A DNA stretch of 64,000 nucleotides from Eledone cirrhosa. Lineage: Eukaryota. Positions 43,001-56,454 of the stretch are shown here, one piece after another. Position numbers and translations under genes: made by a program. The DNA lies in contig OZ024744.1 of NCBI GenBank assembly GCA_964016885.1, positions 75,764,001 to 75,828,000 on the forward strand, in the 5' to 3' direction. Positions within the stretch are counted from its first letter, which is position 1. The number at the start of each line of letters is the position of its first letter. Below the pieces are notes generated by a model. That model did no database searches, was not told the origin of the DNA, and was given only the letters and a program-made list of their open reading frames with translations.

Positions 43001-46000
43001 TTTGAAGACCCAATCGCTATAGAATAGAATACGTCACGTATTACAATTTGAGATTCTCGATAAAAGCAAGGGAAGTAACCTACGCGTTTCATTCTTATTA
43101 GAAATCATCAGGATTACATATCCAATGCTTTTATCGAGAACGACACAGCTAGAGACTTATAGAATACTTAGCTGTGTACAGGAACTGGTTTGAAAGAGCG
43201 GTAGCCGGTCCGGCAGAAATTAGAATTTGGATTTAATGCTCTGAAATAGCGATATATATGTGAAGACAAACATAGAATATTCGAAAATATTCTGTATGTT
43301 TATAATAAACATTTTGAAGACCCAATCGCTATAGAATAGAATACGTCACGTATTACAATTTGAGATTCTCGATAAAAGCAAGGGAAGTAACCTACGCGTT
43401 TCATTCTTATTAGAAATCATCAGGATTACATATCCAATGCTTTTATCGAGAACGACACAGCTAGAGACTTATAGAATACTTAGCTGTGTACAGGAACTGG
43501 TTTGAAAGAGCGGTAGCCGGTCCGGCAGAAATTAGAATTTGGATTTAATGCTCTGAAATAGCGATATATATGTGAAGACACACATAGAATATTCAAAAAT
43601 ATTCTGTATGTTTATAATAAACATTTTGAAGACCAAATCGCTATAGAATAGAATACGTCACGTATTACAATTTGAGATTATCGATAAAAGCAAGGGAAGT
43701 AACCTACGCGTTTCATTCTTATTAGAAATCATCAGGATTACATATCCAATGCTTTTATCGAGAACGACACAGCTAGAGACTTATAGAATACTTAGCTGTG
43801 TACAGGAACTGGTTTGAAAGAGCGGTAGCCGGTCCGGCAGAAATTAGAATTTGGATTTAATGCTCTGAAATAGCGATATATATGTGAAGACAAACATAGA
43901 ATATTCGAAAATATTCTGTATGTTTATAATAAACATTTTGAAGACCCAATCGCTATAGAATAGAATACGTCACGTATTACAATTTGAGATTCTCGATAAA
44001 AGCAAGGGAAGTAACCTACGCGTTTCATTCTTAGTAGAAATCATCAGGATTACATATCCAATGCTTTTATCGAGAACGACACAGCTAGAGACTTATAGAA
44101 TAGTTAGCTGTGTACAGGAACTGGTTTGAAAGAGCGATAGCCGGTCCGGCAGAAATTAGAATTTGGATTTAATGCTCTGAAATAGCGATATATATGTGAA
44201 GACAAACATAGAATATTCGAAAATATTCTGTATGTTTATAATAAACATTTTGAAGACCCAATCGCTATAGAATAGAATACGTCACGTATTACAATTTGAG
44301 ATTCTCGATAAAAGCAAGGGAAGTAACCTACGCGTTTTATTCTTATTAGAAATCATCAGGATTACATATCCAATGCTTTTATCGAGAACGACACAGCTAG
44401 AGACTTATAGAATACTTAGCTGTGTACAGGAACTGGTTTGAAAGAGCGGTAGCCGGTCCGGCAGAAATTAGAATTTGGATTTAATGCTCTGAAATAGCGA
44501 TATATATGTGAAGACAAACATAGAATATTCGAAAATATTCTGTATGTTTATAATAAACATTTTGAAGACCCAATCGCTATAGAATAGAATACGTCACGTA
44601 TTACAATTTGAGATTCTCGATAAAAGCAAGGGAAGTAACCTACGCGTTTCATTCTTATTAGAAATCATCAGGATTACATATCCAATGCTTTTATCGAGAA
44701 CGACACAGCTAGAGACTTATAGAATACTTAGCTGTGTACAGGAACTGGTTTGAAAGAGCGGTAGCCGGTCCGGCAGAAATTAGAATTTGGATTTAATGCT
44801 CTGAAATAGCGATATATATGTGAAGACAAACATAGAATATTCGAAAATATTCTGTATGTTTATAATAAACATTTTGAAGACCCAATCGCTATAGAATAGA
44901 ATACGTCACGTATTACAATTTGAGATTCTCGATAAAAGCAAGGGAAGTAACCTACGCGTTTCATTCTTAGTAGAAATCATCAGGATTACATATCCAATGC
45001 TTTTATCGAGAACGACACAGCTAGAGACTTATAGAATAGTTAGCTGTGTACAGGAACTGGTTTGAAAGAGCGATAGCCGGTCCGGCAGAAATTAGAATTT
45101 GGATTTAATGCTCTGAAATAGCGATATATATGTGAAGACAAACATAGAATATTCGAAAATATTCTGTATGTTTATAATAAACATTTTGAAGACCCAATCG
45201 CTATAGAATAGAATACGTCACGTATTACAATTTGAGATTCTCGATAAAAGCAAGGGAAGTAACCTACGCGTTTCATTCTTATTAGAAATCATCAGGATTA
45301 CATATCCAATGCTTTTATCGAGAACGACACAGCTAGAGACTTATAGAATACTTAGCTGTGTACAGGAACTGGTTTGAAAGAGCGTTAGCCGGTCCGGCAG
45401 AAATTAGAATTTGGATTTAATGCTCTGATATCACTATTTCAGAGCATTAAATCCAAATTCTAATTTCTGCCGGACCGGCTACCGCTCTTTCAAACCAGTT
45501 CCTGTACACAGCTAAGTATTCTATAAGTCTCTAGCTGTGTCGTTCTCGATAAAAGCATTGGATATGTAATCCTGATGATTTCTAATAAGAATGAAACGCG
45601 TAGGTTACTTCCCTTGCTTTTATCGAGAATCTCAAATTGTAATACGTGACGTATTCTATTCTATAGCGATTGGGTCTTCAAAATGTTTATTATAAACATA
45701 CAGAATATTTTCGAATATTCTATGTTTGTCTTCACATATATATCGCTATTTCAGAGCATTAAATCCAAATTCTAATTTCTGCCGGACCGGCTACCGCTCT
45801 TTCAAACCAGTTCCTGTACACAGCTAAGTATTCTATAAGTCTCTAGCTGTGTCGTTCTCGATAAAAGCATTGGATATGTAATCCAGATGATTTCTAGTAA
45901 GAATGAAACGCGTAGGTTACTTCCCTTGCTTTTATCGAGAATCTCAAATTGTAATACGTGACGTATTCTATTCTATAGCGATTGGGTCTTCAAAATGTTT

Positions 46001-47014
46001 ATTATAAACATACAGAATATTTTCGAATATTCTATGTTTGTCTTCACATATATATCGCTATTTCAGAGCATTAAATCCAAATTCTAATTTCTGCCGGACC
46101 GGCTATCGCTCTTTCAAACCAGTTCCTGTACACAGCTAAGTATTCTATAAGTCTCTAGCTGTGTCGTTCTCGATAAAAGCATTGGATATGTAATCCTGAT
46201 GATTTCTAATAAGAATGAAACGCGTAGGTTACTTCCCTTGCTTTTATCGAGAATCTCAAATTGTAATACGTGACGTATTCTATTCTATAGCGATTGGGTC
46301 TTCAAAATGTTTATTATAAACATACAGAATATTTTCGAATATTCTATGTTTGTCTTCACATATATATCGCTATTTCAGAGCATTAAATCCAAATTCTAAT
46401 TTCTGCCGGACCGGCTACCGCTCTTTCAAACCAGTTCCTGTACACAGCTAAGTATTCTATAAGTCTCTAGCTGTGTCGTTCTCGATAAAAGCATTGGATA
46501 TGTAATCCTGATGATTTCTAATAAGAATGAAACGCGTAGGTTACTTCCCTTGCTTTTATCGAGAATCTCAAATTGTAATACGTGACGTATTCTATTCTAT
46601 AGCGATTGGGTCTTCAAAATGTTTATTATAAACATACAGAATATTTTCGAATATTCTATGTTTGTCTTCACATATATATCGCTATTTCAGAGCATTAAAT
46701 CCAAATTCTAATTTCTGCCGGACCGGCTACCGCTCTTTCAAACCAGTTCCTGTACACAGCTAAGTATTCTATAAGTCTCTAGCTGTGTCGTTCTCGATAA
46801 AAGCATTGGATATGTAATCCTGATGATTTCTAATAAGAATGAAACGCGTAAGTTACTTCCCTTGCTTTTATCGAGAATCTCAAATTGTAATACGTGACGT
46901 ATTCTATTCTATAGCGATTGGGTCTTCAAAATGTTTATTATAAACATACAGAATATTTTCGAATATTCTATGTTTGTCTTCACATATATATCGCTATTTC
47001 AGAGCATTAAATCC
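37021..47014. repeat. 312-bp tandem array (27 units plus 5 inverted units), each with a type I hammerhead motif: retrozyme-like satellite
   Basis: tgaagacaaacatag recurs at 37021, 37333 and so on (5 units = 1560 bp: 38581, 40141, 41701, 43261, 44821). Inversion point at 45429-45438. Confidence 0.97.
45543..45629 (+). ncRNA. Representative satellite hammerhead ribozyme with extended helix I (minus-strand copies at 37147+312k, k=0-26)
   Basis: ttctcgataaaagca-ttggatat-gtaatc-CTGATGA-t-ttct-aata-agaa-t-GAAA-cgcg-TA-ggttac-ttccct-tgcttttatcgagaa; the GUA site falls after 45602. Confidence 0.88.
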
Positions 47015-47016
47015 AA

Positions 47017-47050
<34 letters not shown>

Positions 47051-47059
47051 TAGTGAATA

Positions 47060-47414
47060 TATGTATGTGTATATATATATAGTGAATATCATTTCACACC
47101 TTTTATTGTTAAGATTGTTGATGTTCTATTAAGAGAACCGATTTTACTGAAAAAATCGAATAATGTACACCATTTTACCAGGGGGAAAAAAATACTGGTC
47201 CACCCACATACACACACACACATACACATATATACACACACATATACACACGCGTACATCAACATACAAAGAGACTTATATATATACACACACACACACA
47301 CGCACTTCTCCGTATAAGACAAAAGCTGAAAAATATCTTTTGACATGCTAAAATACCCCCATTGCTTTCAGACACATTCTTACTGACCATGCCTGCCACC
47401 ACGAATTACTCTGC

Positions 47415-47497
<83 letters not shown>

Positions 47498-47569
47498 ATC
47501 TTAATAGCCATTTGACACACATCGCTGCTAACCATTATCTCAACATCGAACACCTTACTACTACTACTA

Positions 47570-47609
<40 letters not shown>

Positions 47610-47762
47610 TTGTTGTGAAAGAGTCATTTCTCAATCTTGGCACAAAACCAATTTTTTATTCACATGACCTCTACCGACCAATCAAAATTGTTTTGACCAC
47701 AAGAATTTTTGCTGGAGCCACTTTTTTAACATAAAAACAGTCTTGGCGCAAAATCAATTTTT
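47060..47762. repeat. Right arm of the long-range inverted duplication
   Basis: Reverse complement of 35430-36175, with point changes and microsatellite length changes. Confidence 0.9.
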
Positions 47763-50700
47763 TGTCGGTGGTGTTGGCGGTGTTGGTGTAGGTGGTGTTG
47801 GTGGTGTTGGTGTTGGTTGAGTTGGTGTTGGTGGTGGTGGTATCGGTGGTGTTGGTGTTGATGGCGTTAGTGTTGGTGGTGTTGGTGGTGTTGGTGTAGG
47901 TGGTGTCGTTGGTGTTGGTTGTGTTGGTGTTGGTGGCGATGGTGTCGGTGGTGTTGGTGTTGATGGCGTTAGTGTTGGTGGTGTTGCCGGTGTTGGTGTA
48001 GGTGGTGTTGGTGGTGTTGGTGTTGGTTGTGTTGGTGTGGTGGCGATGGTGTCGGTGGTGTTGGTGTTGATGGCGTTAGTGTTGGTGGTGTTGGTGTAGG
48101 TGGTGTTGGTGGCGTTGGTGTTGGTTGTGTTGGTATTGGTGGGGTTTGTGTTGGTTGTGTTGGTGTTGGTGGTGGTGGTGGTGGTGTTATTTTGGTATTG
48201 GTGGCGTTGGTGTTGGTGGCGTTGGTGTTAGTAGCGTTAGTGTTGGTGGTGTTGGTGTTGTTGGTGTTGGAGGTGTTGGTGGTGTTGGTGGTGTTGGTGG
48301 TGTTGGTGTTGGAGGTGTTGGTGGTGTTGGTGGTGTTGGTGTAGGTGGTATTGGTGGTGTTTGTGGTGTTCGTGTTGGTGGCGTTGGTGTTGGTGGTGTT
48401 GGTGGCGTTAGTGTTGGTGGTGTTGGTGTTGGTGTTGTTCTTGATGGTTGTGTTGATGTTGGTGGTGTTGGTGTTGGTAGTGTTGGTGTTGGTGGCGTTT
48501 GTGTTGGTGGTGTTGGCGGTGTTGCTGTAGGTGGTGTTGGTGGTGTTGGTGTTGGTTGTGTTGGTGTTGGTGGTGATGGTATCGGTGGTGTTGGTGTTGA
48601 TGGCGTTAGTGTTGGTGGTGTTGGTGGTGTTGGTGTAGGTGGTGTCGTTGGTGTTGGTTGTGTTGGTGTGGTGGCGATGGTGTCGGTGGTGTTGGTGTTG
48701 ATGGCGTTAGTGTTGGTGGTGTTGGTGTAGGTGGTGTTGGTGGCGTTGGTGTTGGTTGTGTTGGTATTGGTGGGGTTTGTGTTGGTGGTGTTGGTGTTGG
48801 TGGTTGTGGTGGTGGTGGTAGTTTTGGTATTGGTGGTGTTAGTGTTGGTGGTTTTAGTGTTGGTGGCGTTGGTGTTGGTGGTGTTGGTGTTGGTGGCGTT
48901 AGTGTTGGTGGTGTTGGCGGTGTTGGTGTAGGTCGTGTTGGTTGTGTTGGTGTTGGTGGTGTTGGTGGTGTTGGTGTTGGTGGTGTTGGTGTAGGTGGTG
49001 TTGGTGTTAGTAGTGTTGGTGGTGTTGGCGTTTAGTGTTGGTGGTGTTGGCGGTGTTGGTGTAGGTGGTGTTGGTTGTGTTGGTGTTGGTTGTGTTGGTG
49101 TTGGTTGTGTTGTTGTTGGTGGTGTTGGTATTGGCAGTGTTGCTGTTGGAGGCGTTAGTGTTTGTGGTGTTGGCGGTGTTGATGTAGGTGGTGTTGGTGG
49201 TGTTGGTGTTGGTTGTGTTGGTGTTGGTGGCGATGGTGTTGGTGGTGTTTGGGTTGATGGCGTTAGTGTTGGTAGTTTTGGCGGTGTTGGTGGCGTTAGT
49301 GTTGGTGGTGTTGGTGTTGGTTGTGTTGGTGTTGTTGGCGATGGTGTTGGTGGTGTTGGTGTTGGTGTTGGGGGCGTTAGTGTTGGTGTTGGTGGCGTTG
49401 GTGGTGTTGGTGTTGGTGGCGTTAGTGTTGGTGTTGGTGCCGTTTGTCTTGGTGGCGTAGGTGGTGTTGGTGTTGGTGGAGTTGGTGTTGGTGATGCTGG
49501 TGGTGTTGGTGGTGTTTGTGGTGTTGGTGGTGTTGGTGGTGTTGGTGTATGTAGTGTTGGTGTTGGTGGCGTTGGTGTTTGTGGTGTTGGTGTTTTTAGT
49601 GTTGGTGTTGGTGGTATTGGTGTTGGTGGTGTTGGTGGTGTTGGTGTTAGTAGCGTTTGTGTTGGTGGTGTTGGTGGTGTTGGTGTTGGTGGCGTTGGTG
49701 TTTGTGGTGTTGGTGGTGTTGGTGTTGGTGATGGTGGTGGTGTTGGTGGCTTAGGTGTTGGTGGTGTTGGTGGTATTAGTGCTGTTGGTGGTGTTGGTGG
49801 TGGTGTTGGTGGTGTTGGTGGTGCTGTTGGTGCTGTTGTAGGAGGTGTTGGTGGTGTTGGTATTGATGGTGGTGGTGTTGGTGTTGGTGGTGTTGGTGTT
49901 GGTGTTGGTGGTCTTGTCGGTGTTGATGGTGTTGGTGCTGGTGTCGGTGGTGTTGGTGGTGTTAATGTTGGTGGTGTTGTTGGTGGTGTTGTTGGTGGTG
50001 TTGTGTTGTTGGAGTTGTTGGTGGTGTTGGTATTGGTGGTGTTGGTGCTGGTGGTGTTGGTGCTGGTGGTGGTGGCGTTGGGGGGGATGTTGGTGTTGGT
50101 GGATTTTATGGTGGAGGTGTTGGTGGTGTTGTTGGTGTTGTTGGTGTTGGTGTTGGTGATGTTTGTGCTGGTGGTGTTGATGTTGCTGGTGTTGGTGGTG
50201 GTTGTGTTGGTGGTTGTGTTGTTGATGTTGCTGTTGGTGATGTTAGTGTTGGTGGTGTTTATGTTGGAGGTGTTGGTGGTGTTGTTGGTGTTGGTGTTGT
50301 TGGTGTTGGTGGTGTTGGTGGTATTGGTGGTGGTGGTGTTGGTGTAGGTGGTGTTGGTTGTGGTGTTGGTATTGGTGTTGGCGGTGTTGTTGGTATTGGT
50401 GGTGTTGGTGGCGTTGTTGGTATTCGTTGTGTTGGTGGTGGTGGTGTTGGTGGTGTTGGTGGTGTTGGTGTTGGTGGCGTTGGTACTGGTGGTGATGGTG
50501 GTGTTGGTGGCGTTGGTGTTTGTGGTGTTGTTGGTGGTGGTGGTGGTGTTGGTGGCGTTTGTGTTGGTGGTGTTGGTGGTGATGGTGGTGTTGGTGGCGT
50601 TTGTGTTTGTGGTGTTGGTGGTGGTGTTGGTGGCGTTGTTGTTGGTGGTGTTGGTGTTAGTAGCGTTGGTGTTGGCTGTCATGGTGGTGTTGGTGGCGTT

Positions 50701-52558
50701 GGTGGTGCTACTGGTTGTGTTGGTGTTGGTGTTGCTGGTGTTGGTGCTGGTGGTGCTGGGGCTGGTGTTGGTGCTGGTTATGGTGTTGGTGGTGTTGGTG
50801 GTGTTGGTATTAGTGGTGTTGGCGGTGTGGGTGTTATTGGTGTAGGTGTTGTTGGTGTTGGTGTTGTTGGTGTTGGTGCGGGTGGTGCTGGGGCTGGTGT
50901 TGGTGCTGGTGTTGGTGTTGCTGGTGTGGTGGTGTTGGTGTAGTTGGTGGTGTTGTTGCTGGTGGTGCTGTTGGTGCTGGTTTCGGTGGTGTTGTTGGTG
51001 GTTTTGGTATTGGTGGTGGTGTTGTTCGTGGTGTTGTTCGTGGTGTTGGTGTTGGTGGCGTTGGTGGTGCTGTTGTTGGCGTCGTTGGTGTTGTTGGTAT
51101 TGTTGGTGTTAGTGGTGCTGGTGTTGGTGGCGTTGGTGGTGTTGGTGTTGGCGGTGTTGGTGTTGGTGGCGCTGGCGTTGGTGGTATTGTTGGTGTTGGT
51201 GGTGTTGGTGGTGTTGGTATTGGTGGTTTTGGTGGTGTTGGAGGTGTTGGTGTTGGTGGTGTTGGTGGTGTTTGTATTGGTTGTTTTGGTGGTGTTGGAG
51301 GTGTTGGTGTTGGTGGTGTTGGTTGTGTTGGTGGTGTTGGGGGTGTTTGTATTGGTTGTTTTGGTGGTGTTGGAGGTGTTGGTGTTGGTGGTGTTGGTTG
51401 TGTTGGTGGTATTGGTGGTGTTTGTATTGGTGGTTTTGGTGGTGTTGGAGGTGTTGGTGTTGGTGGTGTTGGTTGTGTTGGTGTTGGAGGTGGTGGTGGT
51501 GGTGTTACCGTTGGTGTTGGTGTTGGTGTTGTTGTTGGTGTTGGTATTAGTGTTGTTGGTGTTGTTGGTGTTGCTGGTGGTGTTGGTGTTGGTGGTGGTG
51601 GTGTTGGTGTTGGCGGTGTGCGTGTTGTTAGTGGTGGAGTTGTTGGTGGTGTTGGTGTTCGTGGTGTTCGGTGGTGTTGGTCTTGGTGTTGGTAGTGTTG
51701 GTTGTGTTGGTGGTGTTGGTTGTGTTGGTGGTGTTTTTGTTGGTGGTGTTGGTGTTCGTGGCGCTGGTGTTGGTGGAGTTGGTGTTGTGGGTATTGGTGG
51801 TGTTGGTGTTGGTGGCGTAGGTGTTCGTGGGGTTGGTGTTGGGGGTCTTGGTGGTATTTGTGTTGGGGTTGTTGGTTTTGGTGGTGTTGGTGTGTTGTTG
51901 GTGTGATGGAGTGGTGTTGTCGGTATTCGTGATGTTGGTGTTGGTGGTGTTGGTGGTGTTGTTGTTGGCGGCGTTGGTGGTGATGGTGGTGTTGGCGTTG
52001 GTGTTGGGGTTGTTGGTGATGGTGTTGGTGTTGCTGCTGGTGGTGGTGTTGGTGTTGGTGGTGTTGGTGGTGTTGGCGTTGGTATTGTTAGTGTTGGTGG
52101 TGTTGATGGTGGTCGTGGTGTTGGCGTTGGTGTCGGTGGTGTTGGTGTTGGTGTTGTTGGTGGTGGCGGTGTTGGTGTTGGTGTTGTTGTTGGCAGTGTT
52201 GGTGTTGGTGATGGTGGTGGTGTTGCTTGTATTAATGTTCGTGGTGTTGTTGGTGTTGGTGTCGGTGGTGTTGGCGTTGGTATCGGTGGTGTTGGTGTTG
52301 TTGCTGTTGTTGTTGTTGTTTTTTTGTTGTTGATGGTGGTAGTGTTGGTGGTGGTGCTGTTGGCGGTGTTGGTGGTGTTGCTGGTGGTGTTGTTGGTTGA
52401 GGTGGTTTTGGTGGTGTTATTGTTGTTGTTATTGGTGGCGTTGGTGTTGGTGGTGTTGGTGGATTTGGTGGTGTTGGTGGTTGTGGTTGTGGTTTTTCTG
52501 GTGGTGTTGGTGGTGTTGGTGGTGGTGGTTTTGGTGGTAGTTATGCTGGTGGTGTTGT
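47763..52558. repeat. ~4.8 kb degenerate (GGT/GTT)n low-complexity array
   Basis: Almost only G and T on +; source of the poly-V/G and poly-T/P/N pseudo-ORFs. Confidence 0.95.
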
Positions 52559-52884
52559 AAATGTTTAATAGAAGCAGTTAATTTCACACATTTCCCGTTT
52601 TGTGTTACTGTTGTTGCTACTGCTGTCACTGATTATTTTCATTCTTTACAGTTCCGTTCTGCCAATGGCTGGCTTTTCTCTTCACCAGACGAGCATTCCT
52701 CGTCTGCCGTCTTTCTTTTATTTTTTAACAAAAATTGCGGGTTGTGTTTGCTCAAAAAATCCCAGTTTAGCCCCTTAGGGATACATATTGAGAAAAACTA
52801 ACCAGCTCCCTAAAGTTCCGGTTATTTTATCTATGAATCGGTAACAAATATTCAATATTTGTATATCTTTGTGTAACAATCGAA

Positions 52885-53340
52885 ATAATGGTTTCTTCTG
52901 ATATAGACACAAGGCCATCAATTTTGAGGGAGGTGAAAGTCGATTACATCGACCCCAGTGCGTGATTGGTTCTTTATTTTATCGATCCCGTAAGGATGAA
53001 AGGCAAAGCTAACCTCGGCGTGATTTGAACTCAGATTTTCAAGGACCGTAACTCTTTTCTGCAAAGCATGGCGTCCGATACTGCCAGCCAATCCACTGCC
53101 CTTTTCTGTAACAATAGAAATAATAACAAACTTACAGGAGCCGACATGTAGACGTCCAATGTAAACAAGAGCAATAATAATGGTTTCTCATTGAGGCACA
53201 AGGTCAGCAATTTTGGAGAGGGGTGAAATCGATTAAATCGACCCCAGTGCATTACTGGTGCTTTATTTTATAGTAAGGATGAAAGGCAAAGCAAACCACG
53301 GTGGATTTGAACTTAGAACGTAAAGGGCCAAAAACTATAT
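52885..53340 (-). mobile_element. Two tRNA-derived SINE copies
   Basis: Consensus body at ~52885-53095 and ~53175-53340. Confidence 0.8.
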
Positions 53341-53585
53341 GCCACATTATAATATATCGTTGGAGTGATTATGCAGGGAAAGGTCAGTAAACAACAAACA
53401 AGAAACAGTGAGGCATCTTCAAGGAATAGAAGTATGAAATAAACAATAATAATATAGTCTTATTAATAAATATAACAATACCCACTATATGGACAACTTT
53501 ATTATTGACGTTACCCTTCGGATACTAATGTCCTCATCACTAACATTAATCACTAACATTAATCACTAACATTAATCACTAACAA

Positions 53586-53770
53586 GGGCGGTGAATTGGC
53601 AGTATCGGTAGAGGGTCGAACATGCTTTCTAGCATAGTTATGTCCGTTTATGATCTGATTTCAAATCCCGCCGAGGTTAACTTTGCCTTTCATCCATACG
53701 GAGTCGATAAAATAAAATACCAGTAATGTACTGGGTATTTGCTGGCCTTGTGCCAAAAGTAGAAACAATT
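53586..53770 (+). mobile_element. Full-length tRNA-derived SINE with probable TSD
   Basis: ggcggtgaattggcagtatcgg head; aatcactaaca flanks both ends. Confidence 0.85.
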
Positions 53771-54559
53771 AATCACTAACATTAATATAATAAAGGGAGG
53801 AGTGCGGGATTGTGTCCAGAATATCTTTTTTTATCCCGTTTGTAAAATAAGTTGGATTACTTTGAATAAATAATGAATGAATACGGTATTACATAATTTA
53901 TGTACTAAATTTCGAAACTCTTGATTATATAATAACTCTTGATAAATAATTTTATTTCTTATTTCAAGATTCATTTCTTTTAAATTTTTAAATGTCAACA
54001 CTTCCGGTTAGCGTTCGTTATATTATAACACTTATTTACATCGCTTATATAAACGTTCATATATTTCCGTTACTAATGGCAGCTTATCGTCTTTTTTTTA
54101 ACTCTATCATGGATTACTTTACTGATTACAGAAGACAGTGTAACACAGTCTCTCTTCAATTTCTGTGTATATTCCCAATTACGATTAAATTTGATGTATC
54201 ATATCTACATGCATATATACTTGCGTATAATATCAATATACACACTACACATGCTAACAGAAAATTACCCGAAGGTGCTAGTATCATTAATAAATAAATA
54301 AATAAAAAAGTAACGAGAACACCGAATACAATAACGATTTATACGGAAAAGAATACTTTGCTAGCGTAACGGGACATAGGCTGGAATTATGTGCCAAATT
54401 CCGGATAGGAACATTATGTAATGGAAGTATATTATAAGAGGGAGTACCTGTTTCACTCGGAGTTTTATACAAGAAACAGAAAGGGGCCAAATATTGCCCT
54501 TGTTCGAAACAAAATATAAAGTTTCCAATGGATGCATAGCACTCAGCTGTTTTCTGGTG

Positions 54560-55000
54560 CCTGAAAAAGTTTCCTAATGAGAGTCACACCCCTAGGAACA
54601 TAAAGCATAAGTAGTAAAAGAGTCTCTCCCTGGGAAGAAAACCTTGACAACCCCCTCTCTGTAACAACAATGGTGCTAAAGCCGAGCGAGGCTCTGCTCT
54701 CGGGGCAGATACAAACTATGCGGTGTAGAAATGCCTCAACAAACTAAGATCTGGTGTTGGACGTGCAAAAATTAATCTGGCAAATTTGAGGATATTTAAA
54801 GGATTTGGGACGATTTGTGTGACTGCGGCGTCGAATCACAGATTACACAGCACCTCCTGGTATGTCCTTGTGGAACACCCCTGCACAGCATTGGACTTGG
54901 CAAAGTTTAACGAGAAAGGACAGCAATGTGTTCAGCTGTGGCGGAACCACAGCTAGCCTAGCTTCGTAGCTGACACTCTTGTGGACACGATAAGAAGAAG
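54560..55000 (+). pseudogene. 3' end of an RTE-X-like LINE
   Basis: KCLNKLRSGVGRAKINL...CDCGVESQITQHLLVCP, ending gacacgat-(AAG)3. Confidence 0.6.
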
Positions 55001-55827
55001 GTGCCTGGAGACATTTCATGGCAACTCTCGTACGATAGTACTCGTACGAGATTAGAATGGCACTCTAGACGCACAGATAGGGTAGTTTCCAGTACATCGT
55101 ATATGTATGGCATTAAATTATCTCCACTGTTTACTTATTACTGTGTTACGAATTTGGGATCTGTATAATATCATCACGAGATGAACTGACCCTTAAGTTT
55201 CATTTAGGATGGTGGCAAGTGGAATAGGTATAGGTTGAGAAACGAAACATATCCACATATTCCTGTTTAACTTTCAATAACATGTTGAAGACTATAAACC
55301 TGACATGTCTTTATGCATTTGTTCTTGGCGTTTTAGATGTATTTTGTCAATCAGGTGACCACATATTCTTCACCATTTTTTTCGAAACAATGACTAGTTA
55401 TGACAGCCAGGGACGTGGTTATCGGAAGCTAGAAATGTTGTTCAGTGAGAATGTCAAACAGCAATTAACTAGAGTATGGGGATAATAAATAACAAATGAG
55501 GGTATGTCTGAAGCGAAGATACAGTCCTAGGTCAGACCCCCCCCCCAAAAAAAAAACTAAGAGTGCCTGACATGAAATGTTCTAAGGCTCTCACAACCCG
55601 CTGCCAGTCAACTATTATGGGTCAGTGGAGTGTCCATTTTATAAAGGGATGAAGTATAGATAGGGTGAGCGTCATCATGATTACGAATTGGAAGCAGAAA
55701 GTTTTGTCTCTCTGGTGTGCCAAAACACACATATGCCTCAAAATAGTGTTTTCTTCTCTATTATATTAAGGTACACATGCACACACACACACGCACAACT
55801 CACACACACATACACACACGCATGCAG

Positions 55828-55862
<35 letters not shown>

Positions 55863-55968
55863 ATGGATATTATATATAAATATATATGTTATATATATAT
55901 TATATATATATTTATATATAAATATATACGTTATATATATATGTATATTATACGTATATATATCTATA

Positions 55969-56063
<95 letters not shown>

Positions 56064-56142
56064 ACATATATATATATGTATATATATACACATGTATGTA
56101 TATATACATATATGTGCATATAAATATATATATATGTATATG

Positions 56143-56227
<85 letters not shown>

Positions 56228-56454
56228 CTATATATATATGTATATATATATATGTGTGTGTACGAAAACAACAGCATAAACCACCCCTATCCTGCTATAC
56301 CAACACAGCATCAAAATAGTTGGATTATCCTAATCCTCAGGATGATAGCAAAGCCGGACGGATAACTACGTCAGATATATTTGAGGCAATCGACAAGTCT
56401 GTGTGTCTTTATTTTAGTCGACAACTACTTGCATCGTATTACAATCGTTGTTTA

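Noticed and set aside
37021-47014. CRISPR array or rDNA/5S/snRNA tandem
   Set aside because: Units are near-identical over their whole length with no unique spacers. There are no cas genes, and I recognise no 5S, tRNA or snRNA sequence.
48027-52560. Long ORFs (831 aa T/P/N-rich; 450 aa G/V-rich) as mucin- or elastin-like genes
   Set aside because: They are open in several frames on both strands only because GGT/GTT repeats lack stops, and they have no unique domain.
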